This document shows, one piece after another, positions 9,809 to 19,871 of a DNA stretch of 64,000 bases. Origin of the DNA: Leptolyngbyaceae cyanobacterium clean351 (lineage in GTDB: Bacteria > Cyanobacteriota > Cyanobacteriia > DAIDHW01); assembly GCA_027451865.1 (NCBI GenBank), contig DAIDHW010000001.1, forward strand, positions 81,798 to 145,797, in the 5' to 3' direction. Under the pieces are notes generated by a model. That model had not been told where the DNA came from. It saw only the letters and a list, made by a program, of their open reading frames with translations, and did not search any database. Within the stretch, counting starts at the first letter, position 1. Each line of letters starts with the position of its first letter. The translations under genes were made by a program, and so were the position numbers.

Positions 9809-10753
9809 TTAACTCAAGGAGTAGGTCTGCACCGCCTTGAGGGCGTGATAAACCAAAAACAACTGGGTCAAGGCCAAAGGAAAACTCTGGAGCGCTTCAC
9901 CAGTGGTGGTGACCAATTTACCCACCTCAAGATTGGGCTCCCGGCCGCACACGTGCCTCATCCCCGGCATGTCCTCACAAATCAACTCCTCCACCCGCCG
10001 GACCCTTTCCTCCGTGGCGTGGCCATCAATTTCCAGCACGTCTACCGGCTTACCCATATCCCGGTCTAACCCCAGACGCACCGAGGAGGACCCCGTATCA
10101 GCGCTAGTTTCGATTAAGGGCAGCAGGTCTGGGTGGGGGAGAGTAGGCCGCAGCACCAGGCGGACGTTGAGCTGAGTGTCTTGGTTAGGATTGTCTGGGG
10201 GAGCATAGAAAGACACCACCACATCCGCCCAGCGTCTTTGGGGTCGAATGTAGGCCTCTGAGTCGGGCTCACGCCGCTGCATATCCAGAATCACCTGCTC
10301 CTCGGTATAACCGCGCTTCATGGTGTCCCGCTTGACCTTCCACTTGTGGCGCAGCTCCTCCGCCGGCGCCAGGTATACCTTGACATCAAAGGCACCACGG
10401 CAACCGAGGGTAGAATAGCCCAGCAACCCCTCCACCACTACGAACCGCTTGGGTTTGACGTAGACCGGGGCATCAAAGGTGCCGGTTTTGTGGTCGTAAA
10501 CTGGCTTAAGGATCGGCTGACCGGTGCGCAACAGGTTCAGGTGCTGCTGCATAATGTCTAGGAAATTGCACTCTGGGTGCAGAGGGGTAATACCTAGTCG
10601 GGCCCGCTGTTGCCGGTCGTAGCGGTGGTAGTCATCGGTGCAGATTACAGTGACGTCATCGGGACCCAACAGTTGGGCAATGCCACGGGTGAGCGTTGTC
10701 TTGCCGGCAGCGCTATCACCGACAATGCCAATCATGATGGGGCGTTGAGTCAT
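9809..10753 (-). CDS. Phosphoribulokinase/uridine-kinase family protein, a PRK-like paralogue
   Basis: It has a P-loop '[14 protein letters not shown]' and '[12 protein letters not shown]', and is collinear with cyanobacterial PRK through the C-terminal domain. It is divergent, however, and lacks the canonical PRK 'GVAGDSGCGKSTF' N-terminus. Confidence 0.6.
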   Translation of the reverse strand: MTQRPIMIGIVGDSAAGKTTLTRGIAQLLGPDDVTVICTDDYHRYDRQQRARLGITPLHPECNFLDIMQQHLNLLRTGQPILKPVYDHKTGTFDAPVYVKPKRFVVVEGLLGYSTLGCRGAFDVKVYLAPAEELRHKWKVKRDTMKRGYTEEQVILDMQRREPDSEAYIRPQRRWADVVVSFYAPPDNPNQDTQLNVRLVLRPTLPHPDLLPLIETSADTGSSSVRLGLDRDMGKPVDVLEIDGHATEERVRRVEELICEDMPGMRHVCGREPNLEVGKLVTTTGEALQSFPLALTQLFLVYHALKAVQTYSLS

Positions 10754-10858
10754 GGTTTTATGGGTGGCAAACGAGTTCCTAATTTAATCATGTTTTCCAG
10801 GTGGATATTGACCTAGCTAACAATTATTTTAATTGTGCTGGTTTGAAGACTTTTTTGC

Positions 10859-12250
10859 CTAAGACAGCCATTGGGGTACTGCCCCCAAAAAGGGCAGTAC
10901 CTCTAACTTAGCCAGTTGCGGAGTTTGGCCAGGCTGAGTCGCCAAGGGCAGCAGCCAGATGTACCCCTGGGTCGAGTGACTTTCACTCAGGAGTAGCTGC
11001 AGACCATCCCCGGACAGACTCAGGTGCCAGTCCATCTGGTCAGGGGGCAGCAGGACCAGAGGGGTTACTTGATCTGTTGCCGGGTTGATTACCACTAGGG
11101 AGGGTTGCTCCCGGTCTAATACCCCCGCTAAGCGCTGGGTAAATAGACAGTACAACTTATGACCGGTAGGGTCAAAAATAGCCTGGAGAATCGTGCCCCC
11201 GGTACGCAGGAGCTGCTTTTGGACCCCTTGGTTAGTTACCAGGTACAGAGAACGGGTATAGTCCTGGTTGAATTGCACCATAGCAGCCTGGGTGCCGTCG
11301 GCCGAGAAATTCAGTACCTGACCGAAACGAGCCAAGAAGTCGAGGGGTTCGGCCTGGGGCTGGAGGGGCAACACCGCTACCCCCTGACCCTGGGCAACCA
11401 CTACGTCCGTGCCGTCGGGAGTGATCTTAAAGTCCCCCCCGGGTTTGTTGTTGAGGGGTTGGGGAGGCTGGTGGGGGCGCAGGACCCATAGGCGGGGCGC
11501 CGCTAGGTCCTTGTGACTTGCCCTTTGGACAACGATGGTTTGACCATCTGGGGAAAGTTCAAACTGGAGGTTGTCGTAGGCACGATTATCTAGTACTAGT
11601 TCTACATGCCCCGGGAGATGGCCGTCTAAGCCTGTGGTGACGCTGTAGAGTTGTTGGCGGCTGAGGTTTAGTTGCCCCGGGGGCAAGGCGGCAAACAGGA
11701 GCTTATCTCCCCGCGGGTAGGGCTGAAACCTTACGATACTCAGGTTGGGGGGGGTGAGGACCTGCTTGTATTGGCGAGTGAAGTTGTAGAGGATCAATCT
11801 ACCCTGTTCTTGCCCGGTGACGCCAATGTAGGCGAAGGCCTGGTCAGGGGTTTTAAATTGGCCCCTGAAGGGTTGCATCACGGCACCGTAAAGGTCACGA
11901 GCTCCAGCCAGGGTAATCTGGTAGCGCTGGCCGTAGGGGGCCGGCTGGCTCAGGGTATAGGCTAGGCGCCGGCCGGCCCAACTGAGGGTACCCCCTAAGG
12001 GAGGGTCGACCTGCAGGTTAGCCGCTACGCTTGCCTGGTTCATAGGACGACTGAACTCAAGTATAAAGGCCCGCTCTTGACCGTCAATTACCCGGTCCTG
12101 CCAGGAAAAATGGCGCACCCAAGCTAGGGTATGACTCCCACTCCACACTAACCCTAGGGCTGCCAATCCCAAGCCCAGGATCACCCCCCAAAGGACCTGG
12201 TCGAGGCGGGACGGGGCAGATTTGGCGAGTTTATCAGGAGAGTTGGTCAT
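10859..12250 (-). CDS. Membrane-anchored periplasmic protein with an Ig-like domain and TolB-like beta-propeller repeats
   Basis: An N-terminal TM helix is followed by a 'Big'-like region. Repeated 'S(P/A)DG(Q/T)' blade starters (SPDGQTIVVQ, SADGTQAAMV, DPTGHKLY, SGDGLQLLL) follow. Confidence 0.6.
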   Translation of the reverse strand: MTNSPDKLAKSAPSRLDQVLWGVILGLGLAALGLVWSGSHTLAWVRHFSWQDRVIDGQERAFILEFSRPMNQASVAANLQVDPPLGGTLSWAGRRLAYTLSQPAPYGQRYQITLAGARDLYGAVMQPFRGQFKTPDQAFAYIGVTGQEQGRLILYNFTRQYKQVLTPPNLSIVRFQPYPRGDKLLFAALPPGQLNLSRQQLYSVTTGLDGHLPGHVELVLDNRAYDNLQFELSPDGQTIVVQRASHKDLAAPRLWVLRPHQPPQPLNNKPGGDFKITPDGTDVVVAQGQGVAVLPLQPQAEPLDFLARFGQVLNFSADGTQAAMVQFNQDYTRSLYLVTNQGVQKQLLRTGGTILQAIFDPTGHKLYCLFTQRLAGVLDREQPSLVVINPATDQVTPLVLLPPDQMDWHLSLSGDGLQLLLSESHSTQGYIWLLPLATQPGQTPQLAKLEVLPFLGAVPQWLS

Positions 12251-12458
12251 GGGCGGGGTCTAGGGGAGGGCTTTAAGATCATCTAATCTAATACACTGCA
12301 AAGAGTCTCAGTGCCTGTAGGGAGTCACATAGAACATAAAACCAGTAGTCTCGGCTGCTAGGACTCATTGAAGCAGGAACAAAACATCTTGAGTTTCCTA
12401 GACAATCGCAAAAGCCATTGAGGGATGCTAATTAATGCAAATTGGCTAGAGAGGCAGC

Positions 12459-13445
12459 CTAGAGATAAACTAGCCCCCCGGAACTAGCTGCTTGCCGAGC
12501 CCCATCTGCCACCCGGTGGGCCGCCAAACTCCCCGCCAAGGTGACGTAGAGGGGGGTGCCCGCCGTGAGGTGGTCTAGCACCATGGTGGTGTCTTGGGCA
12601 AACAGACCCCGGCGCGGACTAACGGTCAAAGGTTGCTTATTTTCCCCCCGCTGGCAATGCCCTTCATCCCCATCGAACACTAGCCGGCCTTCTGCTCCCT
12701 GGACCTCTAGGAGCCGCTCGGCAGGACCAACCCCCTCCCCTTTAGCGTAGAAGACCTCTCCGGTGGCGCCACTGGCAAAGGTCAGCTGGGCCTGGCAGAT
12801 GCAGGTGCAAAAGTAGGGGTCCTGGTCACCCTGGTACTCTAGTTGGCAGCTGACGGCGACCACTGGACCGAGGGCGTGGGTGAGGCGGTGGATCCGTGAG
12901 ACACCGGCAAGCAAAGGAAATCCGAATAACTCCCGGTGGTAGGTCCAGCGGCGGGGGGCCGGGGCTTGGGGCGCCACGGTGCGATAGCAAGCCGATCTGA
13001 CCGGACCAATTTCTCCTAGGTGGCTCACCAGGGCTTGGTGCACTCCCCCCAACAGCTCAATGTGCTCCACGTGTAACAGGCGGTGCTGCTGCTCAGCTAG
13101 GGTAACCAGAGCGTAGGCCTGGGCCAAGTCTAGGGCGAGGGGATACTCCACCACCACGTGCTTACCCGCACTCAAGGCTGCCTGGATCACCGGACCGTGG
13201 AGGGCGTTTACCGTGGCCACCACCACCAGGTCTACCTGGGGATGCCGGACTAGATCTTCCCATGCGGAGAGGGGTTCTAGGTTAAAGCTATCGGCAAAGG
13301 CGCGGGTGGTGGCGGGTTGATGGCCAGCCACTGCTACGACCTGGGACCGGGGGTCAAGGGCGAAGGTTTCTGCCCGCAGCTTAGCGGCATAGCCAGTACC
13401 CACTAACCCCACCCGCACCGGGGCCTCTAGGGGTGCACTCCTCAT
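12459..13445 (-). CDS. Gfo/Idh/MocA-family NAD(P)-dependent oxidoreductase
   Basis: The Rossmann N-terminus 'VRVGLVGTGYAAKLRAETFALDPRSQVVAVAG' is present, and the product is 328 aa. Confidence 0.8.
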   Translation of the reverse strand: MRSAPLEAPVRVGLVGTGYAAKLRAETFALDPRSQVVAVAGHQPATTRAFADSFNLEPLSAWEDLVRHPQVDLVVVATVNALHGPVIQAALSAGKHVVVEYPLALDLAQAYALVTLAEQQHRLLHVEHIELLGGVHQALVSHLGEIGPVRSACYRTVAPQAPAPRRWTYHRELFGFPLLAGVSRIHRLTHALGPVVAVSCQLEYQGDQDPYFCTCICQAQLTFASGATGEVFYAKGEGVGPAERLLEVQGAEGRLVFDGDEGHCQRGENKQPLTVSPRRGLFAQDTTMVLDHLTAGTPLYVTLAGSLAAHRVADGARQAASSGGLVYL

Positions 13446-13448
13446 AGG

Positions 13449-13556
13449 TCAGTCCCGGCGGGTCCAGATCCCTGTAAACATCATAGTCATCCCCCCCACT
13501 AGGATCAGGACGGCCAGGCCCCCCGCGGTCACACTCAACCAATCTAAACTCTCCAT
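13449..13556 (-). CDS. Possible small single-TM protein (about 35 aa)
   Basis: The internal ATG of the 74-aa ORF gives 'MESLDWLSVTAGGLAVLILVGGMTMMFTGIWTRRD'. It ends 4 bp before the oxidoreductase start. There is no clear SD, so it is speculative. Confidence 0.25.
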   Translation of the reverse strand: MESLDWLSVTAGGLAVLILVGGMTMMFTGIWTRRD

Positions 13557-13826
13557 GGTTTTCCGCTGTATAGTCTCCCCCCAGTATAGGTGGCGGTTGA
13601 ACCTAGGAGCCGCCGGGGGGAAAACCTTCCTGAGGGGCTTCAGAGCCCTCTGACAACTGCAGGTAAGGGGCAACTTGTAAAATTTTGTTTATTTACTTAG
13701 AAAAGTGTTAATTAGATCCGTAAGCATTATTTAAGTTTTCTGTCTTAATCCACAAAGCCTTCTCACACTCCCCTACAGTGTCCTGTATAAAAAACTACGA
13801 ACCTTCCGTAAAGGTCTTTAGCCACC

Positions 13827-14186
13827 ATGACTGCAACTGTTCCCCCATCTACCTTACAGACTGCCCTAGTCCTTTTCGACCGTACTGGTTTGTTCAAGGT
13901 ATGCCTAACTAACTCCCATTGGTACCAGGAGCAACAAACCTGGGTCTATCAGGCCGTGGTGGGATTGGGATTGAGCATGGTGCTGAAGACTTCCTTGAAT
14001 CTCAAGGAGTTTGAGCACCTAGTGGTGCGCACTGGCAGTGAGTCAGCCCTGATCGTGCGCCGGCCTAACGGCGAATATCTAGCCATGGTCACCAGCAACC
14101 CCAGTCACACCTATACAGCTGAGGAGATTTACCACCTAGGGCATATGTCCCTGATCTACGGTCAACTACGCCTACAGGTGGCCTAG
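13827..14186 (+). CDS. Hypothetical protein, possibly with a roadblock/LC7-like fold
   Basis: The ORF is 119 aa with typical codon usage. The pattern 'ALVLFDRTGLF...ALIVRRPNGEYLAMVTSN' is reminiscent of roadblock domains, but this is weak. Confidence 0.5.
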   Translation: MTATVPPSTLQTALVLFDRTGLFKVCLTNSHWYQEQQTWVYQAVVGLGLSMVLKTSLNLKEFEHLVVRTGSESALIVRRPNGEYLAMVTSNPSHTYTAEEIYHLGHMSLIYGQLRLQVA

Positions 14187-14187
14187 G

Positions 14188-14682
14188 TCATCCCGGGCCA
14201 ACCGGGGACAGGGAGTTGACCTTAAGAGAGCCGTCCGCTTGGGGGTAAGCCTCTCCCAGATAGAGGGGCTGAGAGACACCCGGTTGAGGGTGCAGGAGAG
14301 TGCGGGCCCGCAGAGTGATAGTTTGGCCAGAGCGCTGCAGTCGTCCCCGAGCCAGGAGCAGATCCCCAGCGGCTTGCCTGAGGGTGGCTTCTACCGCCGG
14401 GGGGTCAGTACCTGGGGGTACGACGATGACCGCCTGGTTAGCCCCGTTATCAAACACCAGGGAGTAGTGGACTGCTCCGGGAACTAGGGAGCGCATCAGG
14501 GGTGGGGCCAGACTAAGGGCAAGGAGACCCCCAGCCAGTACACCCATGAAACCCGTGACCCCTACTAGCCGGAAGCGGATACCCCAGCCAAATACAAATC
14601 CAGCTGCTGCTCCCAAAGCCGCCACCACGGTAATTACCGCCGCACCTTCCCAAGCTAACCAAAAGTTGTGGGGGGTGATCAT
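14188..14682 (-). CDS. Small membrane protein of unknown function
   Basis: The 164-aa product has 3 TM helices. Its start overlaps the upstream SufU-like stop by 4 bp (ATGA). Confidence 0.55.
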   Translation of the reverse strand: MITPHNFWLAWEGAAVITVVAALGAAAGFVFGWGIRFRLVGVTGFMGVLAGGLLALSLAPPLMRSLVPGAVHYSLVFDNGANQAVIVVPPGTDPPAVEATLRQAAGDLLLARGRLQRSGQTITLRARTLLHPQPGVSQPLYLGEAYPQADGSLKVNSLSPVGPG

Positions 14683-15140
14683 GGGGCCTCGGTAGTGACG
14701 GGTTGGCTAGGGTTGGTCAGGGCTGCCTTGAGGGTATGCCAGGGGAGGGCAGCACACTTGATGCGCACCGGGAACTGGGAGACCCCTTGCATGACGTTGA
14801 GCTTACGAAATTCCAGGGGCAGCTCTCCTTCGCCGCGCAGCATAGCCTGAAATTGATTCACCAGAGCTAAGGCAGCAGTTTTGTCACGGCCCCGCAGGGC
14901 CTCTGCCATTAGGTCCGTAGAGGCGAGGGCAATGGCACAGCCTTCCCCCTCAAACCTGATGTCGCGAATTCCTTCACCAGTCTCATCCCAGGCGATGGTC
15001 AGTTCCACTGTGTCTCCACAGGAGGGGTTATGCCCGCGTTGCTGACAATCTACAGGGTCGGTCTTACCCCGGTGGCGGGGTTTCTTGTAGCGCTCAAGAA
15101 TTACCTGTTGGTACAGATTACGGAGGTTACCAGTAGTCAT
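14679..15140 (-). CDS. SufU/IscU-like NifU-family Fe-S cluster assembly scaffold
   Basis: The conserved Cys motifs 'NPSCGDTVEL' and 'EGEGCAIALAS' are present. The internal ATG (MTTGNL) is the likely start, because the ORF track extends to a TTG at 15146. Confidence 0.8.
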   Translation of the reverse strand: MTTGNLRNLYQQVILERYKKPRHRGKTDPVDCQQRGHNPSCGDTVELTIAWDETGEGIRDIRFEGEGCAIALASTDLMAEALRGRDKTAALALVNQFQAMLRGEGELPLEFRKLNVMQGVSQFPVRIKCAALPWHTLKAALTNPSQPVTTEAP

Positions 15141-15189
15141 GGGCAAGGGAGAGGAGAACCCGAGAAGGGAGGAAAACTAGAAGGGGAAG

Positions 15190-15444
15190 CTAGCGGGGTA
15201 GAACGTCACTGACACCCAGTTGGGTTAGCTCCTCGGACATTTCTAGGATGGCTCGCATGACCGGCTTAACCCCCGACTCGTCTGAAATATCGTGGTCCTC
15301 CCGGCGCCGACGGCTGGCCCGGTTGGCTTGGTTAGCCCGCTTGGCCACTTGGACCGTGATGCGATAGCGGTTAGAAGCAGCATTAATTAACTCTTCCGCC
15401 CGCCGCATTAGTTGATTTGTGTCAATGGGTGTGGGTTTGTGCAC
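15190..15444 (-). CDS. rpoZ: DNA-directed RNA polymerase subunit omega (cyanobacterial type)
   Basis: The motif '[23 protein letters not shown]' and a C-terminal '[13 protein letters not shown]' match cyanobacterial RpoZ. It is 84 aa with a GTG start. Confidence 0.85.
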   Translation of the reverse strand: MHKPTPIDTNQLMRRAEELINAASNRYRITVQVAKRANQANRASRRRREDHDISDESGVKPVMRAILEMSEELTQLGVSDVLPR

Positions 15445-15478
15445 TTAGGTTCAGTTACCACCGTAGTTCACCACCATT

Positions 15479-16225
15479 CTATCGCAAGGCCTCAATTCGC
15501 AGCCGCCAGTAGTCTATTACCCAACTCCCCTCCCTGAACAGGTCTGGCCGCAGGGTGGCCTCAAGGTGCTGGATGACCGCCTCCCGGTCAGGGGGATACA
15601 AATTCCTGAGGATTTCCTCCTCAAACTGCTCAAGCCAACGGCGCAACCCTAATTCTCCATCCTCTAGGGGGGTTGGGCGGGGGAAAAATTGGGCCCGGCG
15701 CACGGAGAAACCCCGGTCCTCAAGGAGGGTGGCGTACTCAGAGAGGCGGGGAAAGTAGCGCCGCTCCTGCACCTGCTGGCCCACCACCTGGGCAAAGGCC
15801 GTCTGGATCGCCATGCTGACCCGAGCAATGTTGCCGTAACCCCCCAATTCCACCACTAGACGGCCTCCGGGCTTTAGGGCTGCGGCCATACAGACTACCG
15901 CTGCCTCGGCTGCCGTGACCCAATGCAGGGCAGCATTGGAAAAGATAGCGTCGAAGGGCTCAGGAAAGTGGAAGTCAGTCGCATCGGCCACGGTAAATTC
16001 CAGGTGTGGGTAGGTCTGACGCGCCCGAGCAACCATGGCAGCCGATCGGTCCATACCCAAGACTCGGGCTCCTGCCTGGGCGATCTGGCTGGTCAGGTGG
16101 CCAGTGCCGCAGCCTAGGTCCAGGATGTATTCCCCGGGTTGAGGGCGTAACCAAGTTATCAGATCGGCGCCGTAGTCAGAGACGAATTTGTGGCTTTGGT
16201 CGTAGAGAATGGGATTCCAGTCCAT
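15479..16225 (-). CDS. Trans-aconitate 2-methyltransferase-like class I SAM-dependent methyltransferase
   Basis: The N-terminus 'MDWNPILYDQSHKFVSDYGADLITWL' resembles Tam 'MxDWNPSLYLxF', and motif I is 'ILDLGCGTGHLT'. Confidence 0.8.
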   Translation of the reverse strand: MDWNPILYDQSHKFVSDYGADLITWLRPQPGEYILDLGCGTGHLTSQIAQAGARVLGMDRSAAMVARARQTYPHLEFTVADATDFHFPEPFDAIFSNAALHWVTAAEAAVVCMAAALKPGGRLVVELGGYGNIARVSMAIQTAFAQVVGQQVQERRYFPRLSEYATLLEDRGFSVRRAQFFPRPTPLEDGELGLRRWLEQFEEEILRNLYPPDREAVIQHLEATLRPDLFREGSWVIDYWRLRIEALR

Positions 16226-16247
16226 GGAAAGGTGGGGAGGAATTACC

Positions 16248-16613
16248 CTATTCTAGGGACTCGTGGCCAAGCTTCCGCCAGTCTAGGGACTCAAGCTTCT
16301 TTAACTGCTCTCCCTGGGTCTGGGCCCGATTGGCAATGATTTTGCCTACTAGATCACATAGTTCAAAAAGAGCCGGGTTAGCCACTTGGTAGTAGACCTT
16401 GATACCCCGTTGCTCCCGGGTAACCAAGCCCGCCCTAGCTAGGAGTTGCAGTTGTTTAGAGACGTTAGCCTGCCCCAGACCGGTGCCCTGGACAATTTGG
16501 GTGACATTTTGCTCACCCTCGCGCAGACAGCAGAGAATCTGCAGCCGACTGACCTCGGCCAGGACCTGCAAAAAGTCGGTGATCAGCGCCAAAGCAGCAG
16601 TAGAGATGTTCAT
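16248..16613 (-). CDS. ArsR/SmtB-family metalloregulatory transcriptional repressor
   Basis: It has the HTH 'RLQILCCLREGEQNVTQIVQGTGLGQANVSKQLQLLARAGLV' with a Cys pair in helix 3. It lies 15 bp downstream of the RND gene. Confidence 0.85.
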   Translation of the reverse strand: MNISTAALALITDFLQVLAEVSRLQILCCLREGEQNVTQIVQGTGLGQANVSKQLQLLARAGLVTREQRGIKVYYQVANPALFELCDLVGKIIANRAQTQGEQLKKLESLDWRKLGHESLE

Positions 16614-16628
16614 CGTGGGTTAATTAGG

Positions 16629-19600
16629 TCAGGATTGAGGTCGGGGGCGTCGGCGCCAAAACAGGTAGTAAAGAATCGGCACGGCAGAGCGGGAAATCAG
16701 GAGGGAAGCGACTTCCCCGGCCATCAGGGAAATAGCTAAGCCCTGAAAAATGGGGTCATCCAAAATCACCGCTGATCCCACCACCACTGCTGCTGCCGTC
16801 AAGAGCATGGGGCGAAAGCGCACTGCCCCCGCATCAATTACCGCCTCCTCCAGGGGGATTCCCTGAGCTAGCCGCAACTCAATGAAATCCACCAGAATAA
16901 TCGAGTTGCGCACCACAATCCCTGCTCCGGCGATAAACCCGATCATAGAGGTGGCACTGAAAAAAGCCCCCATCAACCAGTGGGCAGGCATGATGCCGAT
17001 CAAAGAGAAGGGAATCGCCGCCATAATCACCAAGGGAGTGCCAAAGGATTGAAACCAACCTACCACCAAGGCATAGATCAGGATCAACACCACACCAAAG
17101 GCAATCCCCAAGTCTCGAAATACCTCAAAGGTCACCTGCCATTCCCCGTCCCACTTAATGGCGTAGGCCAAAGTTGCAGGGGGCTGTTCTGTAAAGTAGG
17201 TCTTTAGAGCTTTGCCGTTAGGGGTAGGCAGCCGACTGATCTGGGGTTGGAGGCTAAGCATGGCGTAGATAGGACTTTCTATCTGACCAGCCACATCCCC
17301 CAAGACGTAGACCACTGGCTCAAGATTTTTGTGGTAAATGCTCTGGGGGGCCGTAGCTTTGACGAGGTGGGTGAGGGCACTGAGGGGCACTAGCCGACCA
17401 TCAGACCCCTGAACTGGTATGTTTCCCAAGTCCTCCACCCGGGAGCGCTCCGGGATGGCCAGCCGCACCCGGATATCCACGTCTTCCCGAGAGGTTGGGT
17501 CGTGTAAAATCCCCACCACCGTTCCGTTGAGGCTAGTTTGGAGGGTCTGACTGATGGCCGCTACCGTCACCCCATTCAGGGCCGCCTTTTGCCGGTCGAT
17601 TACCAGGTGATACTCTCGTTGAGGCGCCTGCACATACCAGTCCACGTCCACTACCCCGGGGGTTTGTTTGTAGGTGGTAAAAATTTCCCGGGCCAAGGCA
17701 ATCTGCCCCGCGTAGTCTGGCCCATAAACCTCCGTCACCAGGGAATCAAGGACTGGGGGCCCCGGGGGACTCTCGGTGACCTGAATGCGGGCCCCGTACT
17801 GGTTGGCAAGGGCGGCGAGGGACGGCCGGATCAATTCAGCCACGGCATGACTTTGGCGGTGGCGCTCACTGGCGGGGACTAAGTTAACTACCAAGTCGGC
17901 CACATTCGGACCACTGCGGAGGAAGTAGTGGCGCACCAGACCGTTGAAATTGTAGGGGGCTGCCAGTCCTACGTACCGTTGGTAGTTGAGTACGTCCGGG
18001 ACTGTCTCTAGATAAGCGGTCATCTCCTGGGTAACTAGGGCAGTTTTTTCCAAGGCGGTGCCCGCTGGGAGGGTGACAAGAACCTCTAGTTGACTTTTGT
18101 TGTCCGACGGCAACATTTTTAAGATCACCAACTTAAAGCCCACCAAAGTTACCAGAATCAACACTAGGACCACCGTGACCGTGACCAGAAAGGCTACTCC
18201 CCGCCGGGGAAAATGAATCAAGGGGTACATGAGGCGGCGGTATAGCTGGGTTAGGGCGTCCTCCTGCTCGTGGCCAGCTAAGTTGTGGCCGTCAGCAAAC
18301 ACCCGCAGGGTCACCCAAGGGACTATGATGAAAGCCACCAGGAGGGAAAAAACCATGGCCGCGGAGGCCCCCAGGGGAATAGGCCGCATGTAGGGACCCA
18401 TAAGACCCCGGACGAAGGCCATGGGCAAGATGGCGGCAATGACAGTTAGGGTGGCGAGGATCGTGGGATTGCCCACCTCATCCACAGCTTCCAGGATTAT
18501 GGCCCGCAGGACCGAGCGCCGCTGAGGAGCCGAGCGCAGCCGGTTTTGGCTTTCTGGTAACTGCAGATGGCGCCCCACGTTTTCCACTACCACGATGGCA
18601 TCATCCACTAGAATGCCAATGGAAAAGATCAAGGCAAAAAAGCTCACCCGGTTCAAGGTGAAGCCGTAGGCCAGAAAACTAGCTAGGGTGAGGGCCAGGG
18701 TGACCGGAATCGCCACCGCCGTCACCTTGGCCGCCCGCTGCCCCAAGGCCAAGGCCATCAGCAGGGTCACTGAGACGACGGCAATACCCATGTGCCACAG
18801 GAGCTGATTGGACCGCTCAGCGGCTGCCCGGCCATCATCCCGGGTGACCGTCAGGTGTACATTGGCGGGGATGTACTGGGGGCGAATTAGCTCGAGCTTA
18901 TGACGGACCGCTGCGGACATTTGGATGGCATTGGTTCGGGGTAATTTGGCCACGGCCAGGGTGACTGCTGCACCCTCTCCTTGGCCTTTTTGGCCGTAGA
19001 AGACGTAGCTATCTGGGGGCGCCGGTCCATCGGTCACCGTGGCCACATCCCGCAGGTACACCGGTCGACCAGCCCCGGTAGCCACCACTAGGTTCTCCAC
19101 TGCCTGGGCAGAGGTGAGAAAACCATCTGTGCGCACTAGCAGGGAGTGATTGTCCTCGGTCAGATCACCGCGGGCCGGTTGGGTGTTGGCGGCACCTAGA
19201 GCTGAGGTAATCTGCAGGGGGGTCAAGCCATAGCTGCTGAGACGCACTGGGTCTAGGTCTACCCGCAGGGTGCGGATTTGGCCCCCCAAAATGTGTACCT
19301 GGGAGACCGTAGGTACTGCCTTGATCTGCTCCTTGAGTTGGGCGGCGGTCTGGCGGAGGATAAAGCCATCAGCCTGATCACTCCAGAGGGTGAGGGTGAG
19401 GACCGCCACATCGTCGATGGAGCGCGGTTTAATCAGGGGCTGGGAGGCCCCCGGAGGAATTCGGTCGAGATTAGAGTAAAGCTTGGTGTAAAGCTGCGTG
19501 ATTGAGGTTTCCGAGTCTTGCCCGACCTGGAAGCGAGCAATCACTAGGGCGCTGTCGGCACTGGAGGTGGAGTAGACGTATTCTATGCCGGGAATCTCTC

Positions 19601-19853
19601 GAATGAGGTTTTCTAAGGGATAGGTGACTCGTTGTTCAATCTCCGCCGCTGAGGCTCCAGGCATCTGGACAAAGATGTCCGCCATGGGGACACTAATCTG
19701 AGGCTCCTCTTCCCGGGGCAAGATGAATAGAGCCCCTAGACCCATCAACAGGGCAACTAGGATCAACAGGAGTGTGGTCTTGGAGTCAATGAAGCGCTGG
19801 GCTAGGTGGCCCACAAAGCCTAGGGAACCCCGGGGAGGCGGCAGTTTAGTCAT
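16629..19853 (-). CDS. RND efflux transporter permease (AcrB/HAE-1-like)
   Basis: The 1074-aa product has 12 TMS and two large periplasmic loops. TM4 'SIGILVDDAIVVVENV' is AcrB-like rather than HME-like. Confidence 0.9.
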   Translation of the reverse strand: MTKLPPPRGSLGFVGHLAQRFIDSKTTLLLILVALLMGLGALFILPREEEPQISVPMADIFVQMPGASAAEIEQRVTYPLENLIREIPGIEYVYSTSSADSALVIARFQVGQDSETSITQLYTKLYSNLDRIPPGASQPLIKPRSIDDVAVLTLTLWSDQADGFILRQTAAQLKEQIKAVPTVSQVHILGGQIRTLRVDLDPVRLSSYGLTPLQITSALGAANTQPARGDLTEDNHSLLVRTDGFLTSAQAVENLVVATGAGRPVYLRDVATVTDGPAPPDSYVFYGQKGQGEGAAVTLAVAKLPRTNAIQMSAAVRHKLELIRPQYIPANVHLTVTRDDGRAAAERSNQLLWHMGIAVVSVTLLMALALGQRAAKVTAVAIPVTLALTLASFLAYGFTLNRVSFFALIFSIGILVDDAIVVVENVGRHLQLPESQNRLRSAPQRRSVLRAIILEAVDEVGNPTILATLTVIAAILPMAFVRGLMGPYMRPIPLGASAAMVFSLLVAFIIVPWVTLRVFADGHNLAGHEQEDALTQLYRRLMYPLIHFPRRGVAFLVTVTVVLVLILVTLVGFKLVILKMLPSDNKSQLEVLVTLPAGTALEKTALVTQEMTAYLETVPDVLNYQRYVGLAAPYNFNGLVRHYFLRSGPNVADLVVNLVPASERHRQSHAVAELIRPSLAALANQYGARIQVTESPPGPPVLDSLVTEVYGPDYAGQIALAREIFTTYKQTPGVVDVDWYVQAPQREYHLVIDRQKAALNGVTVAAISQTLQTSLNGTVVGILHDPTSREDVDIRVRLAIPERSRVEDLGNIPVQGSDGRLVPLSALTHLVKATAPQSIYHKNLEPVVYVLGDVAGQIESPIYAMLSLQPQISRLPTPNGKALKTYFTEQPPATLAYAIKWDGEWQVTFEVFRDLGIAFGVVLILIYALVVGWFQSFGTPLVIMAAIPFSLIGIMPAHWLMGAFFSATSMIGFIAGAGIVVRNSIILVDFIELRLAQGIPLEEAVIDAGAVRFRPMLLTAAAVVVGSAVILDDPIFQGLAISLMAGEVASLLISRSAVPILYYLFWRRRPRPQS

Positions 19854-19871
19854 GGCGGGGGAGAATATAGT

